Assembly (NCBI GenBank): GCA_040225955.1
Contig: JBECUL010000039.1
Location: forward strand, 1-21,341
From: Candidatus Asgardarchaeum abyssi
GTDB lineage: Archaea > Asgardarchaeota > Asgardarchaeia > Asgardarchaeales > Asgardarchaeaceae
Direction: 5' to 3'
Length of the DNA stretch: 21,341 nt
The translations under genes and the position numbers were made by a program. Shown in pieces: positions 1 to 8,094 of this stretch. Below the pieces are notes generated by a model. It had not been told where the DNA came from, searched no databases, and was given only the letters and a program-made list of their open reading frames with translations. Positions within the stretch are counted from its first letter, which is position 1. Every line of letters begins with the position of its first letter.

Positions 1-200
1 ATCGGCGGTGAAGAGGATGTTTGGTGAGACGGTGCGGGCACACAAGTGGGACCAGATGGTCAAGGAGGTGATATTCCGTTTCATATTTTATAACGTTGTT
101 ATATCGATATGAAGGGTGTTGATGTGAGGCTCGTGGGAACCTGAGTTGAGTTCGAATGTGAAGTCATCTCAGACTCAAACTTTATTTGTTCAACAAAGCA
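1..200 (+). mobile_element. Right end of an IS5-family (IS903-group-like) insertion sequence, continuing beyond the window start
   Basis: Transposase C-terminus in frame 2, then TTCAACAAAGC at 189-199. Its reverse complement GCTTTGTTGAA matches the IS903-type terminal inverted repeat (GGCTTTGTTGAA). The segment is more GC-rich than its flank. Confidence 0.75.
2..112 (+). CDS. IS5-family DDE transposase, C-terminal fragment (partial)
   Basis: Frame 2 reads SAVKRMFGETVRAHKWDQMVKEVIFRFIFYNVVISI*, the KRxFGE-x-VRA...KE...YN tail typical of archaeal IS5-family transposases. Confidence 0.75.
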   Translation, partial: SAVKRMFGETVRAHKWDQMVKEVIFRFIFYNVVISI

Positions 201-254
201 TCAGACCCTTAAAATTTATAAGAGGAAAGGAATATAGTTTATATCGGTGAAAGT

Positions 255-470
255 ATGGGGACTGGGACTAAGAGATTTCGAATATTAGTTGACATACTAA
301 TCCTTCTACTAGTGGCTGTAGTTTTTAATCTTTCTGGGTTTCTCTTTATGGCATATTTGTCTGCATATCCGCTTATAGGAAGCATAATCGGCATGATTTC
401 GTATCCACTATGCATAGCATTAGTAATATACATTGCTACGCTCTTAAGCAACAATAATAATACAAAATAA
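255..470 (+). CDS. Small two-TM membrane protein, hypothetical
   Basis: 71-aa ORF with two hydrophobic segments, GGTGA RBS at 247-251, TTTATAA TATA-like element at about 214-220, and a hairpin at the stop. Confidence 0.55.
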   Translation: MGTGTKRFRILVDILILLLVAVVFNLSGFLFMAYLSAYPLIGSIIGMISYPLCIALVIYIATLLSNNNNTK

Positions 471-495
471 GATAAAATACTATTTATCTTATTTT
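464..495. terminator. 13-bp perfect inverted repeat between convergent genes, possible bidirectional terminator
   Basis: AAAATAAGATAAA (464-476), 6-nt loop, TTTATCTTATTTT (483-495), spanning the gap between the two stop codons. Confidence 0.45.
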
Positions 496-1247
496 TATAA
501 CTTCACCTTACGTATTTTAGTTTCACCTATTATCATAATTATTAATCCGATTAATGCTATCAACAGAGCGGGAAAACGCCACAAATACCAAACTATTTCA
601 GAAGGAAACGTGTATATATTAGAGAACTCAACAGCGAACTTAATGAGTTCACAAGCTAATCCAAAAAACACAGCAATTTCAAGAATCAATATACCTTTAT
701 TGAAATATCTATAACTTTTTTCTAACTCCTTGGCCTTGATATAGGTATTTTTATCAACATCGTCCTGATATATTGGAGTAATGAATCCATGCTCTCTTAC
801 AATATTCTTAATGAGTCTATTGGTGAAGCCCTTTATTTTCTCATGGTCTTCTCCAACAATTTCCAGAATATATTTATCCTTTCTGTAACGATAGCTACCA
901 AATGTGAAGACGGTCCCAATTATCCATACTATAGCAAGGGACATAAGAAATATTGCCATAAAGGAGAATATCACAAGAAGAAAAATTTCAATATCGTGGA
1001 TTATATCAGAAACATGTATTAAACTAGACCATCCTTCACCTCTCTTGGTCTCTTTATTTTTCTTCTTATAATAACTTGTAGTAGTCCAGCCTGCTTTTAG
1101 AAGATAGAAAGTCCCTATCGAGTTTATAGTTCCACTTGTTCTCTTGTGATATCTGGTATATGATACAAAATAATCTGTTGATCTCTTAATAAGCTCCAAT
1201 ATACGTTCTCTACTAATGCCTTGGATATAGATTGTTTTTTCTATCAC
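495..1247 (-). CDS. Hypothetical membrane protein
   Basis: 250-aa ORF with central and C-terminal hydrophobic helices; no family recognised. Confidence 0.7.
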   Translation of the reverse strand: MIEKTIYIQGISRERILELIKRSTDYFVSYTRYHKRTSGTINSIGTFYLLKAGWTTTSYYKKKNKETKRGEGWSSLIHVSDIIHDIEIFLLVIFSFMAIFLMSLAIVWIIGTVFTFGSYRYRKDKYILEIVGEDHEKIKGFTNRLIKNIVREHGFITPIYQDDVDKNTYIKAKELEKSYRYFNKGILILEIAVFFGLACELIKFAVEFSNIYTFPSEIVWYLWRFPALLIALIGLIIMIIGETKIRKVKL

Positions 1248-1491
1248 TAAGCATCAACCTTAAGAATAGTATATGAAACCTTTTTATTTTTAACTTTTAC
1301 TTTATAGCACAATGTTTTTGCTGAAACTACCAGTACAAGTTTCTACAATTCATTAATATATATCTATGAAACTGGCTGAAAATGGTGTTACCACAAATTA
1401 TTCGTAACTCCTTAATATACGTCTCACCAACAAAATTGAAGCTCATTTATAATGATATGCAAAATACAAAAAAGTGAATAAATAGTATTGG

Positions 1492-4413
1492 TTATGTCAA
1501 TATTATTGATGGCTTTCCGGGAATTGCTTGTTTTGCCTTTGGATCTGTTGACTCTTCAGCGAATTGAACTTCTATGCCTTCTAATTCTGTTTCCTCTTTT
1601 ATGTAATTCTCTAAGACATTGAATACCTTCCTTTCATCCTCTGGATTTGCAAATGGCCAGAATCTTTGAGCTTTAGCTATTTTATTGACCATTGCTTTTA
1701 CTTCATTTGCTTTCTTCTTAAATTCATCTTTTTGCATTAAGAACTTCATCATATCTCGCATGTTGGGAGCTACATTATTTTCTACTAATGATTTCACCGC
1801 ATCATATTTCCATTTTTCAGCCAGCATAATAATGGCCTTTTTGGGCTTAGTCTTCAGTAGACCCATTATCTCCTTAATGTCTGCAATTGTATTATCAATC
1901 ATTTTGAATATTCTCTCAATATTCTCGTCGATTAATGATTCATCAGGCGCTGGCCATTTTTCAACAGAGATAAATGTTGTGTTCCCCATGCGTTCCCATA
2001 TTTCCTCAGCCGTATGAGGTATTACTGGTGCCATCATACGTATCCACTTATCCAAAATGTACCAGTATATGTTGTACTTTTCATCTTCGGGAACGCCCCT
2101 TGCCATCTTCTCGTATTTTGATAACATTGACAATATATCGAAAAATCCTTTAACAATAGCAGTCCTGAATGACATTGCCTCATACGCTTTAGTAACTTCT
2201 CTTATTGTTGTGTTAATTCTTGATAATAGCCATTTACTCGGATAGCTTATTTTTTCGGGATCTATTGGCTCTCGTTTTGACTTTTCTAAAACGTTCTGTA
2301 TCCATAGCCAGAATTGGTGCAATTTTCGCCTAACAGTGACAACCTCTTTTTCTCTCCAATCAACAACAACGCCTAGATCTGCCGCAGAGGCTATGTATAA
2401 TCTGTATAGGTCTGAAGAGTATCTTTTTGGTACTTCAGCTAATGGGATAACATTACCTAATGATTTTGCCATTTTTCTTCCTTCGCGGATAACAACTTCG
2501 TTCAACGTAATTTTCCTAGGCCAATACTTTTCTGGGAATATCGCAACATGGTGAAATATGAAGAATGACAGATGATTTGAGATATGAGGTGGAGCCGTGT
2601 GCCTATGGTCATTGGGATACCAGTATTGAAATTCAGCTTGTATGGTCCGTAACACGTCTTCTGGAATTCCAGTCTTCTTAGCTACATCCTTAACATCACC
2701 ATTATTTAGGAATACAAAGTCCCAGAACTCATAGGTTAGTTGCTCTGGCTTTATGTTATATTTCTTAATATTATTAATGACCGTATAGAATGCCATATAG
2801 ATCGTACTGTCCGAAAGAGATTCTATTATCCAAGACTTATCAAATGGTAATGGAGTCCCCAATCCTCTTTTTCGTGCACACGGACGCTCTCTCAGCCAGT
2901 CAAATGTTGCTTCAAACAAGTTCCTATAGGTCTCTGGAATTATAGTCATGTTGTTTAGACACTTGAATGCTTGTTCTTTCCACCACTTAACACCGTAATC
3001 AATAAACCACTGGTCAGGCATTACCGCAACTATAACCTCACCGCCACATCGGCAGAAAACAGGTAGCTCCTTCGCGGTTACCTCATAGATTATATCAAAC
3101 CATCCCTTTTCCTTGAAAAACTTAATTACATCCTCCTTAATTTCAGATATCTTCTTTCCAGAAAAGGGGCCACAGTTGTCTTTCATTATTCCATGATAGT
3201 ATTCACTCTTATATATCTCCTCAGTAGCTTTATCCAACAACTCAGTTTCTTCTTGAGACTTAATACCCATCTTTTCACATATCTCAACAGCAGGATAATC
3301 TCCGAATCCGTCAATCTTGATTATTGATATGGGTTCCATATCCTCAACTATTTTAGGATCTAATCCATATTTCTTCAAAATTTCTGGATTGCGTTTTAGG
3401 TCGTATAGTCCCATCCAATCATAGGGGGCATGCCCTGGTACAGAATAGACTACTCCAGTTGCATGATTTACATTAACAAATGTAGCTGGCAATACAGGCA
3501 CTCTAACACCAGTTGGAGCTTCAACATATATCCCTAGTAATTCAGCTCCCTTAAATTCCTTAATTATCTCAACTTTTCTATCTTGCATCATTAACTTCTC
3601 TGCAGATCTCTTTGAGACTATCCATACTTCTCCATCTACCTTAGCCTCAACATAGACTTTTTCTGGATGAACCCAGACATTTGTTACACCATATATGGTC
3701 TCCGGTCTTAGAGTTGCGGCCACTAAAAATTTTCCATCTTCAGTCTTAAACTTCACAGCAACAAACTCAGCAACATCCGCTTCTATAACGTCGCCGCCTT
3801 TTATGTCGTCTTCACCTACAGCATTTTTATGCTTTGGACAATATAGCACAGGATACTTCCCTTTCTTGATTAAACCCTTTTCTGCTAACTTTTTAAATTG
3901 CCAAGTAATAAACTGGTTGTATTCAGGATCTCCAGTTGTGAATACTCTCTGCCAGTCGATGCCAAATCCTAACGCTTTAAAGTCATTTATGATTACTTTT
4001 GAAAAGAACTTTGCTACATTCCAAGGCTCTCTGAAAGACTCTACTATCTCGTTTATCTTTTTATGATCTTTCTCGTACAAGCTAACATAATAGGTGTACA
4101 AGTCTATTGTATCTTTATCACCCTCAACTATTCTAGCAGAGATACCTTCAATAGGTGTTCCAGTAATATGAAACGCCATAGGCCATAATACATTATATCC
4201 TTTCATTCTCATAAAGCGACCAAAGATATCAGCAGTTGTGTAAGTTCTGCCGTGCCCGATATGTAAAGGGCCGCTAGCATAGGGATAAGGAACCGTTAGA
4301 AAGTATTTTGGTTTACTTGGATCTGGTTTTGCATCAAAAACTTTTGCATCTTCCCACTTCTTTTGCCATTTAGCTTCTATTCTTCTTAACTCGTTTAGAA
4401 ACCCTTCTGACAT
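1492..4413 (-). CDS. leuS: Leucine--tRNA ligase, archaeal/eukaryotic type
   Basis: PYPYASGPLHIGH motif, KMAKS (KMSKS variant), ATLRPETIYG editing-domain motif, IESLSDSTIYMA, C-terminal AIPGKPSI; GAGGTGA RBS upstream. Confidence 0.97.
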   Translation of the reverse strand: MSEGFLNELRRIEAKWQKKWEDAKVFDAKPDPSKPKYFLTVPYPYASGPLHIGHGRTYTTADIFGRFMRMKGYNVLWPMAFHITGTPIEGISARIVEGDKDTIDLYTYYVSLYEKDHKKINEIVESFREPWNVAKFFSKVIINDFKALGFGIDWQRVFTTGDPEYNQFITWQFKKLAEKGLIKKGKYPVLYCPKHKNAVGEDDIKGGDVIEADVAEFVAVKFKTEDGKFLVAATLRPETIYGVTNVWVHPEKVYVEAKVDGEVWIVSKRSAEKLMMQDRKVEIIKEFKGAELLGIYVEAPTGVRVPVLPATFVNVNHATGVVYSVPGHAPYDWMGLYDLKRNPEILKKYGLDPKIVEDMEPISIIKIDGFGDYPAVEICEKMGIKSQEETELLDKATEEIYKSEYYHGIMKDNCGPFSGKKISEIKEDVIKFFKEKGWFDIIYEVTAKELPVFCRCGGEVIVAVMPDQWFIDYGVKWWKEQAFKCLNNMTIIPETYRNLFEATFDWLRERPCARKRGLGTPLPFDKSWIIESLSDSTIYMAFYTVINNIKKYNIKPEQLTYEFWDFVFLNNGDVKDVAKKTGIPEDVLRTIQAEFQYWYPNDHRHTAPPHISNHLSFFIFHHVAIFPEKYWPRKITLNEVVIREGRKMAKSLGNVIPLAEVPKRYSSDLYRLYIASAADLGVVVDWREKEVVTVRRKLHQFWLWIQNVLEKSKREPIDPEKISYPSKWLLSRINTTIREVTKAYEAMSFRTAIVKGFFDILSMLSKYEKMARGVPEDEKYNIYWYILDKWIRMMAPVIPHTAEEIWERMGNTTFISVEKWPAPDESLIDENIERIFKMIDNTIADIKEIMGLLKTKPKKAIIMLAEKWKYDAVKSLVENNVAPNMRDMMKFLMQKDEFKKKANEVKAMVNKIAKAQRFWPFANPEDERKVFNVLENYIKEETELEGIEVQFAEESTDPKAKQAIPGKPSIILT

Positions 4414-4474
4414 ACTCTCAGCTCACCTCGATTTGTTCTTCCAGCAAAATTAGAGAGAGATGATATATTAATAA

Positions 4475-4546
4475 CTAAGCCAGAAGAAGACATAAAACAT
4501 CTACTGCTAATGGAGAACGTAAATCCTCCACATACACAAACCTCAT
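4475..4546 (-). CDS. Putative 23-aa leaderless upstream ORF of leuS (MRFVYVEDLRSPLAVDVLCLLLA)
   Basis: ATG lies about 26 nt downstream of a BRE/TATA element; the ORF ends in clustered Leu codons TTA TGT CTT CTT CTG. Confidence 0.4.
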   Translation of the reverse strand: MRFVYVEDLRSPLAVDVLCLLLA

Positions 4547-4565
4547 TTAAACAGTTTGCACTTTT

Positions 4566-4584
4566 GATATTAAAAGATTTCGTA
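4566..4584 (-). promoter_or_regulatory. BRE/TATA promoter for the leuS leader
   Basis: Minus strand reads CGAAATCTTTTAATATC, a purine-rich BRE followed by TTTTAATA. Confidence 0.5.
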
Positions 4585-4799
4585 ATAAATAATTAGCGAT
4601 TGAAATAAGCAAACAGTATGTAAAACCTATAAGGCCTTTCTCTTTGGATATCAAATAGTTTCTCTCTACCTTGTGTATCAAATTCTGAATTATTAGGAAT
4701 ATCTCGAGAAAAGAGTGAAATGCTTAATTCTCTCACTCTTAAGATTTGACTTATGAATCATATTTATAAATGTGAAATTGCACGTAAACGGGGATAACT

Positions 4800-5039
4800 A
4801 TGGAAGTGATTAGTTTTAGGATACCCAAGGAACTTAAGGAAAAAAATGAAGAAATTCAAACATGTTAACTGGAGTAAAGCTATACGGGAGAAGATAGAAG
4901 AAATTATTGAGAAAGAAGAAAGTCGAAACCTTGCGATAGCTCTTTTATTGAACGAAAAAGCAGTAATTACCCTGATGAGGAATGGAGTAGCACCGATGAA
5001 ATTCGAAAGTGGAGGGAATCTATCAGATGGAAATCGTAG
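4800..5039 (+). pseudogene. VapB-like RHH antitoxin with two frameshifts
   Basis: Reconstructs as MEVISFRIPKELKEK/MKKFKHVNWSKAIREKIEE...NEKAVIT/PDEEWSSTDEIRKWRESIRWKS*. There is one extra A in the A7 run at 4840-4846 and one base missing near 4970. It overlaps the start of the PIN gene. Confidence 0.75.
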
Positions 5040-5479
5040 TTGATGCTAGTGTGGTTGCCAAGTGGTATTTAATAGAAGATTTCCGTGAAGATGCTTTAAA
5101 ATTAAGAGATGATTATATTCGAGGTCATATAAAGCTTATAGCACCTATGATTTTACCATTCGAAGTACTAAATGCAATTCGTTTTTCTAAGAGGAATATT
5201 GATGATGAGATTTTAATAAATGTTGGAGAGAGCTTACTTTATTACGATATTTCTTTATTCTCTATCACTAAGGACTTTTTACATGAGATTATCAAAAGTT
5301 GTATAGCTAATGGTATAACAGTTTATGATGCAGATTATGTATCTCTTGCAAAACTTAGAAAGTCTATTTTATTTACAGCAAATCAAAAATTAATCGATAG
5401 ATTAAATAAAGAATACAAAGGCTACATAATGCACATTAAAGAATATCCAAGATTTTCGAAGCGAAACATAAAAAATTGA
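5027..5479 (+). CDS. vapC: VapC-like PIN-domain toxin
   Basis: IVVDASVVAKW, PFEVLNA, ITVYDA and FTAN motifs. ATG at 5027 follows GGAGG and is preferred over the 5009 start in the ORF track. Confidence 0.88.
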   Translation: MEIVVDASVVAKWYLIEDFREDALKLRDDYIRGHIKLIAPMILPFEVLNAIRFSKRNIDDEILINVGESLLYYDISLFSITKDFLHEIIKSCIANGITVYDADYVSLAKLRKSILFTANQKLIDRLNKEYKGYIMHIKEYPRFSKRNIKN

Positions 5480-5501
5480 TATTTAAGATATGAGCAATGC
5501 T

Positions 5502-6377
5502 TTAATGCTTTCTAGAAAAACGATAGCTCTCGATTACAATCTCATTTAGTAGGAAAAAGAAGGGAATCGAAATCGTCAATATTATGTTTTCTCTGTACAT
5601 CTCAAATATTATGAACATAACAATGTAGAATATGTGAAAGCTTAATGGTACAAGCTTATATGCACAATCTACATTTTTTGGAGTCGGTTTAAAGTGTATA
5701 GACCCTATTATAACAATTGTGAGAAAAAGAGAGAATTGAAAGACAAAAATCCATAACTGGTTTGTAGGATCATACAATTGAAAACCACTTATAAAAACAA
5801 TCATTGTAACTAATAGGGATGTTGCCATTAATATATATGCAACAAAGGGTAGTGCCACTACAGTAGTGATAAAATACGTGCGCATGTCTTTAATTTTCTT
5901 TCTTGCTATTCTGCAAAGTAATGAGTAGTAGAAAACGACAAACATCCAGCCAACAAAGTTTCCAGCCGGAACTCCAAACCATCCCTCATTAAAAGAAATT
6001 CCCCAATACCAGAATCCCAATCTTATTGCAACAACATCCATTGATAAGTCAATGAGTATTGCAAGAATGGAGTCGAAAAATGGCTTTATCTCTTCTTTTA
6101 ATCCAAATGAATCAGATATTCCCATGCAAGAGTATATTATCCCGGCCCATCCAAGAGCAACGGCCACGGGAACACCAGCAATCATGAATAAAAAATCATC
6201 GCTATAGAAATATGTACCAAAAAGCATTATATTTGCAGCTTCTAATAATAGTCCATAGAAACATCCTCCTATAAGCTCAAATAGGTATTTCTTCCCTCGC
6301 CTCACAGCATGATATACAAGGACTGAAAAGAGAGAAATGCTGAAAAAGTCAGCAACGTAAAACACCCAACTTGACAT
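5502..6377 (-). CDS. CruF-like (carotenoid biosynthesis/DUF422 family) membrane protein
   Basis: Multi-TM protein with GVPxAVALGW, DxxMDVVAIRLGFWYW and WFGVPAGNFVGW motifs. Confidence 0.7.
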   Translation of the reverse strand: MSSWVFYVADFFSISLFSVLVYHAVRRGKKYLFELIGGCFYGLLLEAANIMLFGTYFYSDDFLFMIAGVPVAVALGWAGIIYSCMGISDSFGLKEEIKPFFDSILAILIDLSMDVVAIRLGFWYWGISFNEGWFGVPAGNFVGWMFVVFYYSLLCRIARKKIKDMRTYFITTVVALPFVAYILMATSLLVTMIVFISGFQLYDPTNQLWIFVFQFSLFLTIVIIGSIHFKPTPKNVDCAYKLVPLSFHIFYIVMFIIFEMYRENIILTISIPFFFLLNEIVIESYRFSRKH

Positions 6378-7037
6378 ACAATAAGGTTAATAGTTTTAAT
6401 TATTTAATTTTAATGCTAGTTGCCTTTAATTTTTTTTCTAATTAGGTATCAAATATTTAATATTTATTACATATGATTTTATTCTCATAACTAGATAAAG
6501 CTTTTATAGCCTATTTTATGAAATTATGTGCTAGGTAATAGGGGTACATATTATGAGTCATCAAGAGAATAATTCAAACGTATTTCCGTTGCTTCTTATT
6601 GGTGCATTGTCAATGTTTTTCGCAGAGGTATCTTCTGGTGCTTCTGTTTTATGGTTTATTGACACATGGGGGATTTTCGTAACATTTCCGCTTTACTGGA
6701 GTCACACTCTATTCTTTTTCAACATTGCACTAAGGTGCAGGAAGCTTGATTTCACGTCGCTATACCTTCTTGGAACATTGTTTGGACTCTATGAGTCATG
6801 GATAACGAAGGTTATTTGGGCTGGTTATTTTGGCCAGTCGCTAGGATGGGGACAATTGCGGGATTTGCGATTGCGGAGCTGCTTGTTATTGTATTTTTCT
6901 GGCACCCGATAATGTCATTTATTGTTCTAATATTTGTCTTTGAAATTCTTTCTCTTTCTGCGAGTTCTGAGGTACCTGTGAAGGATAAAATTCTCTTAGA
7001 GCGTGTAGCGTTTTTTGTGAAAAGTAGGAGAAATTGG

Positions 7038-7170
7038 GGTTCAGTAGATGTCCGATTGGTGAGTGAACATCCACCTTGGGCCTCATCAGCCTCAGCTCCC
7101 TCTGGGTTCATGGGGAGCAAGTCATTGGTCTTGACCCCGTTCAGGGTAACCCCACAAGCCCCACATCATA
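7038..7170 (-). ncRNA. Putative TnpB omegaRNA (reRNA) scaffold
   Basis: Minus-strand hairpins GTGGATGTTC/GGACATCTAC (7044-7074; its two G-U pairs form only on this strand) and GCTCCC/GGGAGC lie between the tnpB-like C-terminal remnant and the element end. Boundaries are approximate. Confidence 0.5.
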
Positions 7171-7257
7171 TTGTCCTTTCGGTGCTTTATTGCCACCACA
7201 TTCAGGTATTACCTCAATACTCACAAATATCACAAAATATTTAACTGTTTCGAAAGG
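7038..7257 (-). mobile_element. 220-bp non-autonomous IS607-like element with left-end repeats, tnpB remnants and right end
   Basis: Precise insertion with GG at both junctions. Approximately 9-bp direct repeats at 7213-7240 (CTCAATACT/CACAAATAT/CACAAAATAT). Minus-strand remnants PECGG and MWGLWGYPERG resemble the TnpB zinc knuckle and C-terminus. Most of the insert is GC-rich relative to the host gene. Confidence 0.75.
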
Positions 7258-7874
7258 CTTATAGCACTGCTTATAACACTGATCGGTGCGGTTTTTCTTT
7301 CAGTCAATGCTGGTTTTAATCTCATAGCTGCAAAGCTAACTGTTCTTGGAAGTGTTGCAATTATTTTTGTATTCTACTTTTTAAGCAAAAGGAAACTGGG
7401 CTCTAGGCTCTCAATATATTCACTTCAGTTAGGGAAGAAAGGATTCACGACAGTTATTATTTACTTGATATTACTTTACGCAATTATGTTTCCACTTCTT
7501 CTTCCAGAAAGAATTCCCTCCTTGATCACGATATTGCTGACGATAGTGTTCTACATTGTTATTATTTTACTATTTTACATTCATAAGCCAGCTAGTGGCA
7601 ACACTCATAGTAGTTTTGAAACTTCAGTTGACACAAGTGTTTTATTTACTGTTAAGGATCTAAGGAGATTGCTTATTCTTCTCATTGTATTGATTCCTGT
7701 TATGTGCATATTGCCCGTGATTTCTGCTACTCTGATGATAGTGCTTTATCTAGGTACCATTTTTCTTGGTATCATTTTGATTATTACCACGAGCTTGAAG
7801 GTAATAAAGGAAATATTAGAAAATAGAAATTTTTAATATGATGGCAATCGAATATCAACACGCATCTTCACAAA

Positions 7875-7904
7875 GCCGAAACATTCGGCATAAGATTTAA
7901 ATAG
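7875..7904 (+). promoter_or_regulatory. Palindrome plus TATA box upstream of the thrS leader
   Basis: GCCGAA-ACA-TTCGGC (7875-7889) directly before TTTAAATA (7896-7903). Confidence 0.45.
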
Positions 7905-8094
7905 CAGTAAGATAATTATTTGCCAAGGTGACTTTTGTGATGGGTGAGTACCAAACAACTGGGCTTAAAGAAATTTCAGGTTAATAAGAAAAGCGAGTCC
8001 CTAGGGTTACTTCTACTTCTGAGAAAAGTTATTTTAAACAGACGAGAGTATTCATGCTGTTTTTTCAAAATAGCCATCTATAAAGTTTTAAGAG

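Larger units (their letters stand above)
6553..7836 (+). pseudogene. Polytopic membrane protein disrupted by a frameshift (about 6841) and a 220-bp insertion (7038-7257)
   Basis: Three ORF pieces join into one hydrophobic protein: ...WAGYFGQS / RMGTIAGFAIAE...KSRRNW | LIALLITLIG.... Removing 7038-7257 restores the frame exactly (TGG|CTT). Confidence 0.8.

Noticed and set aside
1685-4066. Plus-strand ORFs inside leuS, and similar antisense ORFs in thrS, ppcA, the ATPase, kinase, MNT, DUF362 and CPBP genes
   Set aside because: Antisense shadows of well-supported genes with no recognisable motifs.
6812-7264. ORFs 6812-7120(-) and 7076-7264(+), and the 3' part of 6798-7244
   Set aside because: They result from reading through the 220-bp insertion and are not independent genes.
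7937-8022. C/D box sRNA, T-box or fluoride riboswitch in the thrS leader
   Set aside because: GTGATGG...CTGA is an imperfect box C with over-long spacing and no clear C'/D' boxes; no T-box or fluoride riboswitch consensus is visible.
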